A program made the position numbers and the translations under genes. Under the pieces are notes generated by a model that was not told the DNA's origin, did no database searches, and saw only the letters and a program-made list of their open reading frames with translations. A stretch of 62,933 bases of DNA, filler included, from Octopus bimaculoides (lineage: Eukaryota), in assembly GCF_001194135.2 (NCBI RefSeq). It is 6 parts of 6 records of this genome, joined end to end, with 100 filler letters (N's around TTAATTAATTAA, not from the genome) between each part and the next. Parts side by side here need not be neighbours in the genome. Positions count along the whole stretch, not along the records: positions 1 to 15,974 come from NC_069000.1; 5 more parts are not named here. One strand, given 5' to 3'. This document shows, piece after piece, positions 1-10,296 of this stretch (positions are counted from its first letter, which is position 1; the number at the start of each line of letters is the position of its first letter).

Positions 1-280
1 GTAACTGGTACTTATTTCATCAACCCCAAAAGGATGAAAGGCAAAGTAGACATTGGTGGAATTTGAACTCAGAACCTAAAGAACCTAAATACTGTTAACC
101 ATTTTGCCCAGCATGCTACCAGTTCTGCCAGTTTGCTGCCTTTGACGTTTCTAGTAATAATAATAATAATTGTTTATAGAAATAGGGCTGTGGAGTCTGA
201 AACAATTAAGGGGTAGCTGGAATCAGTAAAATTATACCGACTTTGACTCACAATATCTTTATTCTTTAATATAAACCAGT

Positions 281-425
281 TGGCATTAGGAAGGGCATCC
301 AGCTGTAGAAACTCTGCCAGATCAGATTGGAGCCTGGTGCAGCCTTCGGCCTCGCCAGCCCTCAGTCAAACCGTCCAACCCATGCCAGCATGGAAAGCAG
401 ATGTTAGATGATATATGATGATGAG
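281..425 (+). mobile_element. Short RTE-type 3'-tail repeat (family C)
   Basis: aggaagggcatccagctgtagaaac...caacccatgccagcatgg...(gat)n. Related copies lie at about 810-942(-), 7548-7688(+) and 8398-8545(-). Confidence 0.75.
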
Positions 426-809
426 TCATAACATATAGGTGTACTCAGTGCAAGTGTATGCATATGCTTTGAGATACATTGGCCACAATCACTTAAATAC
501 ATAGGGAGGTATAGGAGTCAGTCAGTTTTTTGTTTCAACTCTACAGCCCTGGTAATAATGGTTTCAAATTTTGGCTCAGGGCCAGCAGTACTTGATTACA
601 TTGACCCCAGTACTTGACTGGCGTTTATTTTATTGACCCCGTACTTAAACAAGTACACTTTGATCTTGATCACACAAGATTTAAAGAGCATCCTAAGGAG
701 CCATGTTGTTGTTGGCCTATTTTATAGAATGTATGGTGTTTGTTTTGTTTTTTTTTTGTTTTCTTTCTTTTGTTTTGGTATTTGTATTGCTGTCTAACCA
801 GTGACAATA

Positions 810-1255
810 TCATCATCATTGTTGTTTAACGTCTGTTTTTCCGTGCTGGCATGGGTTGGACGGTTTGTCTGAGGGCTGGCAAGCCAGAAGGCTACACCAG
901 GCTCCAATCTGATCTGGCAAAGTTTCTACAGCTGGATGCCCTATTTTTCGTAAGCCTAGTACTTATTCTGTCAATATCTTTGGCCAAACCGCTAAGTTAC
1001 GGGGACATAAACACACCAGCATCGGTTGTCAAGCGATGTTGGGGGGACAAACGTAGACACACAAACACACACACATATATATATATACACATAGTGACGG
1101 GCTTCTTTCAGTTTCCGTCTACCAAATCCACTCACAAGGCTTTGGTTGGCCCGAGGCTATAGAAGACACTTGCCCAAGGTGCCACGCAGTGGGACTGAAC
1201 CCGGAACCATGTGGTTGGTAAGCAAGCTACTTACTACACAGCCACTCCTGCGCCT
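810..1255 (-). mobile_element. Chimeric SINE: family A head and body joined to a family C RTE-like tail
   Basis: The minus strand reads ggctgtgtagtaagtagcttgcttaccaaccacatggttccgggttcagtccc..., then switches after gtactaggcttac to agggcatccagctgtagaaac. Confidence 0.75.
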
Positions 1256-1960
1256 CTGTGTAAGAAATTATTATAGAATGGGCAAAAGGCAGCAAACNNN
1301 NNNNNNNNNNNNNNNNNNNNNNNNNNNNNNNNNNNNNNNNNNNNNNNNNNNNNNNNNNNNNNNNNNNNNNNNNNNNNNNNNNNNNNNNNNNNNNNNNNNN
1401 NNNNNNNNNNNNNNNNNNNNNNNNNNNNNNNNNNNNNNNNNNNNNNNNNNNNNNNNNNNNNNNNNNNNNNNNNNNNNNNNNNNNNNNNNNNNNNNNNNNN
1501 NNNNNNNNNNNNNNNNNNNNNNNNNNNNNNNNNNNNNNNNNNNNNNNNNNNNNNNNNNNNNNNNNNNNNNNNNNNNNNNNNNNNNNNNNNNNNNNNNNNN
1601 NNNNNNNNNNNNNNNNNNNNNNNNNNNNNNNNNNNNNNNNNNNNNNNNNNNNNNNNNNNNNNNNNNNNNNNNNNNNNNNNNNNNNNNNNNNNNNNNNNNN
1701 NNNNNNNNNNNNNNNNNNNNNNNNNNNNNNNNNNNNNNNNNNNNNNNNNNNNNNNNNNNNNNNNNNNNNNNNNNNNNNNNNNNNNNNNNNNNNNNNNNNN
1801 NNNNNNNNNNNNNGAGTTGCATTTCAATTTAGAAAGTGAAAGGTTGTGTTATGAAACACCAAGGGGTCATGCGTCTTGTTTTGTACTGACTTCTGTTATT
1901 TGTCTTTATTTTTTTTTCTATTTATTTCCTTAATTCCTCCAACGTTTCCATGAATTGCAG

Positions 1961-2099
1961 GCACCCAAATATTCTTCGCCTCTATGGTTATTTCCATGAT
2001 AAATCTCGGGTCTACTTGATTTTGGAGTATGCTCCAGAAGGGGAGCTATATAAACACTTACAGAAAAAGCAACGCTTCAGTGAAGATACAGCAGCTTCG
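1961..2099 (+). CDS. AURK: Aurora kinase exon (139 nt), subdomains IV-V
   Basis: ttgcag|G CAC CCA AAT...GCT TCG|gtatgt, translating as (R)[46 protein letters not shown]. Confidence 0.97.
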
Positions 2100-5000
2100 G
2101 TATGTCTTTTGTCTTTTTTTTTTCACCTTTTTGTTTTTTTGGGGGGAGTGGGGGGACTTAGTTACCAAGGATACTACTTAGTGTCTTTGGTATATCATTG
2201 TACCATAAATCCATTTCTATCTCAGCGATTGAAGTTGACTAACTTTCCGTAGCCACTGGAACTGGTAGTAGTAAAAAAAATAAGATGGCAGTAATATCTA
2301 AAGAAAATGGGTTCAAATTTTAGTTTGTCTTCTCCAAAGTTCAATGAAACAAGTGGCCAGCTGCAGTAGTAGTAGTAGTAGTAGTAGTAGTGGTTGTGGT
2401 GGTTTCAAATTTTGGGTCCAGCCAGCAATGCTCAAGGTGCCATTCAGAGGGACTGAACCCCGAACCATGTGGTTGGGAAGCAAGCTTCTTACCACACAGC
2501 CACACCTGCACCTTGCATACTAAATAATCCCAACTATTACTCTATTGATGGATTAACCAAAGACAAACTCACAGAACTTGGGTTTCTCAATAAATGTTGG
2601 AAGCTCATCCGGGTAAGGTGAAATATCTGGGTGTTACCCCAACCATCTACGGCTTATATCATCATCATTGTTTTAATGCTGACTTTACTGTGCTTACGAC
2701 AAAATATGCTGAGGCTGATGATCTACAGCAGGATGCCCTTCGCCATTGTTTTCATGGAAGATTGGAAGCGGATATTGTTCATATGACAGTGACATCTGTA
2801 TACAAGTCGTGATGTCGAGACAAGGAGACATCAGCTCTCTCTCCATCACTCACTCACACATACATGCATGATGAGCTTCTATCAGTTTTCACCTTCCAAA
2901 TCCACTTGCAAGGCTTTCGGTGTTCCCAGGGCTACAGAAGAAGGCATTTGCCCCAGGTGCCACCCACTGGGGCTAAACCTGGAACCAAGTGGTCGGGAAG
3001 CAAAACTTCTTACCACGTAACCAAGAAGTTCAGATGAAACAATCATTGTTGATAGCTGCAGAGATCCAAAGATTCAACCTTAATGACAGCATTGTGCAGA
3101 TCAATGCATGTGTGTGCACATCTGTTTTTAGTGGGACCCCTTTTCCCTTTCTCTGATCTTTTCCTGTTTTACAAATTATTCAACAAGCAAACTTGTTTTT
3201 AGTGGCATGACAAAAATGGCACACAGTACACGCCATAAAGTGGTCGGCGTTGCATCTGCAGCCGTTGTAACTGTGGCAAAGCTACAGTAGAGCTTTGCAT
3301 GAACTGCCAGCTCCTATCGGATCATCCAAACCATGGTTGCATATGTTAGCACTGGAAATGGATGTTAAATGATGACGATGATGATGATGATGTCTATATT
3401 ATTCTTCCCTCATTTGTGCACTTACTGGTTGAGGCGCAATGGCCCAGTGGTTAGGGCAGCAGACTCGTGGTCATAGGATCGTGGTTTCGATTCCCAGACT
3501 GGGCGTTGAGTGTTTATTGAGCGAAAACACCTAAAGCTCCACGAGGCTCCGGCAGGGGATGGTGGCGAACCCTGCTGTACTCTTTCACCACAACTTTCTC
3601 TCATTCTTTCTTCCTGTTTCTGTTGTGCCTGTAATTCAAAGGGTCAACCTTGTCACTGTGTCACGCTGAATATCCCCGAGAACTACGTTAATTTCACGAG
3701 CAGGTTGTTCCGTTGATCGTATCAACTGGAACCCTCGACATCGTAAGCGACGGAGTGCCAACAACAACATGTGCACTTACCTGTACGAGATATCTTTACT
3801 TAACCTCAGTAATTCTTTTTATGGAAAGTACATTGTTGACATAGATATGTCACATTCTGGAACTTTCAACAGCTGCACTTGTAAAATTACTGCAAAATCT
3901 TACCATTATTTTTTTTTTTTTTTTTTTTTTTTNNNNNNNNNNNNNNNNNNNNNNNNNNNNNNNNNNNNNNNNNNNNNNNNNNNNNNNNNNNNNNNNNNNN
4001 NNNNNNNNNNNNNNNNNNNNNNNNNNNNNNNNNNNNNNNNNNNNNNNNNNNNNNNNNNNNNNNNNNNNNNNNNNNNNNNNNNNNNNNNNNNNNNNNNNNN
4101 NNNNNNNNNNNNNNNNNNNNNNNNNNNNNNNNNNNNNNNNNNNNNNNNNNNNNNNNNNNNNNNNNNNNNNNNNNNNNNNNNNNNNNNNNNNNNNNNNNNN
4201 NNNNNNNNNNNNNNNNNNNNNNNNNNNNNNNNNNNNNNNNNNNNNNNNNNNNNNNNNNNNNNNNNNNNNNNNNNNNNNNNNNNNNNNNNNNNNNNNNNNN
4301 NNNNNNNNNNNNNNNNNNNNNNNNNNNNNNNNNNNNNNNNNNNNNNNNNNNNNNNNNNNNNNNNNNNNNNNNNNNNNNNNNNNNNNNNNNNNNNNNNNNN
4401 NNNNNNNNNNNNNNNNNNNNNNNNNNNNNNNNNNNNNNNNNNNNNNNNNNNNNNNNNNNNNNNNNNNNNNNNNNNNNNNNNNNNNNNNNNNNNNNNNNNN
4501 NNNNNNNNNNNNNNNNNNNNNNNNNNNNNNNNNNNNNNNNNNNNNNNNNNNNNNNNNNNNNNNNNNNNNNNNNNNNNNNNNNNNNNNNNNNNNNNNNNNN
4601 NNNNNTGGTGATGGCATAGTTTCTTTATGAGCTCAGGCTCCTGATTGCTGTAGTATAGAATTAAATATTGGAAGGTTAACTTCCATTTAGCAGTTCTCCT
4701 GGAATTGTTCATCCTGTTGGCACCCATCTTCTCCCAAGGTTATGGGCGCTGCTAACTCAAGATTTTGTTTTTTTACTGCTATAATAATTATAATAACCCT
4801 TTCTACCAAAGGCACAAAACCTGAAATTTTTGAAGAGGGAATAAGTTGATTGCATCAACCCCATTGCATGACTGGTACTTAATTTATTGACCCTGAAAGA
4901 TGAAGGGCAAAGTCGACCTTGGTGGAATTTGAACTCAGAACGTAATGACCGGTGAAATACCACTAAGCATTTCACCATTGGTTATGTCTCTTTTTATGGA

Positions 5001-8000
5001 GTCTCACATTCCTGTGGTTCAAACTCTACGATTCAAAGTTTTGGAAATTCACAAAACACATTTCTTTGTTCTTCTCAGATGGTTTTCAATTTGAATCGGT
5101 TGAGGTGAGAACCTGGTACAGAAAAAAAAGTCCGTGCTTTATGGTAATAGAAATTGTATAACTGGAATACAAATAGTTTTTCCTTTTGTTTTTTATTATC
5201 TTTAGAAAGATCTTGGGGATTGAGGCTGGGTACAATCATTGTTGGATCATATTAGTTGCAAACCTGAAACCGGTGTGCGTTAGCAACAGGAAGGGCATTC
5301 AGTCATAGAAAATCTGCCACAGTGATCTCCACCTGACCCATGCAAGCATAGAAAAGCAGATGTTAAAACAATAATGACGTTCTCTAAATTGCTCCAGTGT
5401 GACCGTCTTGTTCTTTGTTGGCATTGTTTAGATTTCCACCTTTTTTTTTTAATTAGTTTTTTTTTCTTCTTAATTTCACTCCTGATTCCATTTTCGGATT
5501 CAGACCCAGTTTAATCTTCATTAAATCATTTGCTGCCTGTAGTGTCAAAGGGTAGTAGCTGTTTCTTTACCGAATTTCTTTTCATTTGTCCTGAGATAAA
5601 TCACAAAACAATGTCTATGCCAAATAATACAGTCTTGTGGTCACCTGCTGTTTTGTTGCTTTTAAAAATATTTATATTGCCACTAGGTTAACTGCCTCAA
5701 AAAGTTGTAAATTTTATTGGATTAGATACAGGGGACATTTCCTCCCATCTCCAGTATGTGTGTGTGTGTGCATGTTGGTAAAAAATGTTTTCTGACGTCA
5801 GTGGACTTTGGAGATTTGAAAAAAAAACTTTTTTTTCCTTTTCTGTTTTTGGTGCTGCTGTTTCAGTCCTGTTAGAGCTGATGTGTTGATTTCATTGCTC
5901 GCTTTATTGCATTACTAACATACTTTGGGCTATTCTGCTAGGCAATATTTTCACAACTATCTTCATGCTTTGTTATTCCAACTGTGTTCTTGGATCCAAC
6001 TCAGTCTTCAGCACTGATATTTTTTACTTGTCTACAGTTAAATAATAATAATAATGGTGATAATTCTGTTGTCGTAAGGTTATAGTTTTAAGTGGGGAAG
6101 GAAGTCAGATACACCGATGCTAGCACTCGGTTGGTTTTTATTTTATCAACTTCCGAAAAGATCAAAGGTAAAATTGACTTTAGTAGAATTTGAAATCAGA
6201 ATGTAAAGACAGATGAAATGCTGCTAAGCATTTTGGTCGGCGTGGCAACGATTTTGTGGGCTTGATGTCTTAATAATATTAGTTGTTGGTTCAACTTCTG
6301 CTTGTGATGGCTCCTGTTTTCATGGAATGCCTTTTATCATTAGTCTGCCCTAATTAGAACTGACTTAACTGATATAATAAATTATGAAGGAGGACTGATG
6401 CAGATGGTGTTGCAAAGTAAGAAGTTTGCTTCCAGGCCACATGGTTCCAGGTTCAGTATTGCAAGGCTCCTTGGGCAAGTGTCTTTTACAGCCCTTGGTC
6501 TTGTGAGTGGATTTGGTAGATGGAAACTGAAAGACACTTGCCATGTATGTATATATGGGTGTATATCACTGCCTGCCTTTGACTTCGTGTATTACCAACA
6601 TGCATGCAGTGCTCATGTTCAGTCTTCTGTGAAAGCACGTCGCAGTCATGGGGAAAATATTTATTTCTTTATTGCCCACAAGGGGTTAAACATAAAGGGG
6701 ACAAACAAGGACAAAGGGATTAAGTTGATTACGTCGACTCCAGTACTCAACTGGTACTTATTTAATTGACCCTGAAAGGATGAAAGGCACAGTTGACATT
6801 AGTGGAATTTGAACTCAGAATGTAGTGGCAGATGAAAATACCGATTTTCAAATTATGGCACAGGGCCAGAATTTTCAGGGAAGGGATTAAGGTCGACTAC
6901 ACTGACCCCAGTGCTCAACTGTTACTTATTCTATCAATCCTGAAAGGATGAAAGGCAAAGTCAACCTCAGTGGAATTTGAACTCAGAACTTGAAGACAAA
7001 TGAGGTGCCTCTAAGCAAACAGTCTCGTGTGTGCAAGAGTACTTAGAAGAAATGAAATGTGGGTCTTTTTTGTCCATAGCCAACCAGGAAGTACTTCATG
7101 CACCACTCCCACTCACATATTCTCACTCCTTGTTTTGTCAGTGTGACCCTTGATCGTGTATTTGCTTAGGTTTTTGTTCAAATTGAGCTTATTTTAACTG
7201 TCCACACTCATTTCATTATCAATACAAATGCATTTGGTAGACAAGCTTAAAGAAGTCTATTGTGTGTGGGTAAATAGATAATGTTTATCATTTTTTTACA
7301 GCAGTTTTTCTTTGTTTTCTCTATCATGGGTCAGTCAGGCCTGTAGCTATGGTCACCAAACTCTTTGTCTAAGGCCATCACAACCAACTCTAAGGCTTAA
7401 TTGTACAACTATGACAGGATGTAAACTCAACGCTGCCGCCTTATATATTAACATCTCTCTTTCATGCACTGCTTTGTGGTCATTTTCCCATTTCAATGTT
7501 TTTTAGAAGAATATTTTTGCTTTATTGACCACTGTAAAGTTGTTGGTGTTAGGAAGGGCATCCAGCTGTAGAAAGCATGCCAAATCAGACTATGGAACCT
7601 GGTGCATTCCCATCCACCCCCAGTTTGCTAGCTCTGGTCACACCATCCAACCCATGCCAGTATGGACAACAGATGTTAAATGAGGATAAATGGTTGGTGA
7701 GCTGGCAGAACGGTTAGCATATTGAACAAAATAGTGAGATTGACTTTGTTTTTCGTCTTTTCTGGGTTGATGAAATACAGTACCAGTCAAAGCGCTGGGG
7801 TTGGTGTGATGATTGACAGGCCTCATACCCCAAATTTTAGGCCTTCACTAACTCCATACCCCATGTTTTAAGCTTTGTGTCTAGATTAGGAAAAAATTTA
7901 CAAATGGGAGGATGACTTCTCTGACATTTATTCTCCAGCCCCTGGCATACATTGTGTGCTGACCCCTTTCTCTTTTTTTTCTGCTGCTCCTTTCATCTGG

Positions 8001-10261
8001 CTCAGCTCATGTCAGTCCCACTCGGGTATTTCCAACTTGCACATCTTTCTTTTTCTCATTTGTGTCCAATAACCACCACACCCAATCCTTCTCTAGATGG
8101 AGGGGGGGGGGGTCCTCTGGAACTTTCGTTCTGCTGGTGGTTTTCTTGTTGACTTACAATGGTTCAACTGGAACATTTACCACTTAGCGTTCAGTTTTCT
8201 GTCAAATGTAATACTTATTCATTCACATTGATTTGAATTAATCAGGCATCGTCTTGTGGCTTAGAATGACATAGGGTAGGTGTGAGAGGCCAGATCTGGC
8301 CAATTTGAATCTAGAAGAGTTAGAAGAGTTAAACCAGATATAACTGGTTTAACCCTTTAGCATTCACAGATTGTTAAATGCAGTGCTTATTTATTCATCA
8401 TCATCGTCATTGTTGTTTAACATCCGCTTTCCATGTTGGCATGGGTTGGACGGTTTGGCTGAGGACTGGTGAAACCAGAAGGCTGCCACAGGCTCCAATC
8501 TGATCTGGCAATGTTTCTACAGCTGGATGCCCTTCCTAACACCAACCGCAGTGTCGTGGTTGGTTTGAATATTAAACAGAATATTTGGGCCAGATTTGGC
8601 TGGTTTAAATGCTAAAGAATTAAACTGCTGAAATGGATGAGGCTCTCTTTGTCTCTCTAGCACTTGGGTGCTCAATAATAATTATAATAATCATCCTGCC
8701 TACTATAGGCACATGGCCTGAAATTTGTTGGGAGGGGATCTAGTTGATTACATTGACCCCAGTGTTTCACTGGAACTTAATTTATTGACCCCTAAGGGCT
8801 GAAAGGTAATGCCAACCTCGATGGAATTTGAACTCGTGATGGGCATAATGCCACTAACCATTTCATCCAGCGTGCTAACGATTCTGCCAGCTCAATGCCT
8901 TAATAATAATAATAATAATAATAATAATGATTTGAACTCAAACATAATGTGATGAGATTCCACTACGCATTTTGCCCGGCATGCTAATGAGTCTGCCAGC
9001 TCGCTGCCTTAATAATAATGGTAATAATGGTTTCAAATTCTGGTCCAAGGCCAGCAGCTTTAGGGAAAGGGGTGAAGTCGATTGCATAATGGTGCTTGTC
9101 CACCCCTCCCACCCCCTACCCAAGTGTGAAATAATGACATTTCACCAATAAACATCAGTTTTGCTAATATCTCTTTGCAAACAGTTTCGGGCATTTGTAT
9201 ACAAGGAAATGATCAATTTGCATAATTACTCTCACACAAACACATACACACAAAGAAATATGGGTGACAGGGAATAAAATGGTTTCGCTACCTGCTCACA
9301 AAAAATAATTATATTGTCAATATGAATTGTGATAATATTGTTTTTATATATTTACTTGGTTTCAATTTCGATTTCACTGATGCTACCCCTCCATGCTCTC
9401 ATTCTTTGGACTAATCTGTTCAGGTATTGATTATGATTGTTGTCCATCATGCTTTTTTTATTTTTATTTTTTATCTAAACTTGCAGGTGACCTGGTTGAT
9501 AAGCTCCTTTCCTAACCCCATGCTTCCAGGTTTCGCCCCACTCACTGCATGGCACCCCGGCTACTAAATGTCTTCTTTTATAACCCCACCAGATCGACCG
9601 AAGCCTTGTAAGTGGGTTTGGTTGATGGAAACTGAAAGAAGCCTGTCATATATTTGCGGGTCTGGCCCTGGGGGAAATAACTTGCTAATCTTAGCCTCTG
9701 CATTGACCTTCATCAAATGTTGGTCCATCTGAAATGCTCTCCTTCCTGCAATGATTCAAGAAGAAAATTAACAGCATCAGTCTCACTGACCCCCGAGGTA
9801 GTTTCTAAAGGCCTTGGGCTGTGACCCTGACTCCATACTTGAAGAACGAAGCAAGGGAAACCTCACGGAGTATTATGAATTCTTGAGATTACCCTGTTAA
9901 ATGTAATGTTTTTTCCATCCAAATTGCTTAGAATTAATCATGCATTATCTTATTGCTGGTGTCTTTATTTAATACTTTTTACTCTACAGTGTATGACCAC
10001 CACAGACTTTTAACAAGGTTTTCTTTTTATAGTATATTGCCCAGATGGCAGCTGCCCTACAATACTGTCACCAGAAAAAGGTGATTCACAGAGACATCAA
10101 ACCAGAAAACATTTTACTCGGTTTAAAAGGTGAATTAAAAATTGCAGATTTTGGCTGGTCTGTCCATGCTCCAACTTCAAGGTACTTGCTTCAGTTTTTA
10201 ACGTTTTTCATTCTTGTTTTGTGTTTTTTTTTTTTTTTTTTTTTTTTTGCATAAAAAATCA

Positions 10262-10296
<35 letters not shown>

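Noticed and set aside
1277-1297. ttatag|aatgggcaaaagg as a possible upstream Aurora exon
   Set aside because: The translation does not match the expected VLFK...RREVEIQSHL exon, and the sequence runs into a gap.
1146-1832. Long ORFs spanning N-gaps (also near 3.8-4.7, 16.8-17.4, 20.6-21.2, 40.5-42.0 and 49.5-50.5 kb)
   Set aside because: They stay open only because N codons translate as X. The flanks are SINE or microsatellite sequence.
3426-3505. tRNA-like heads (also 15690, 15112 and family A/B heads) as tRNA genes
   Set aside because: They continue into repeated SINE bodies with tails and TSDs and do not form complete cloverleaves.
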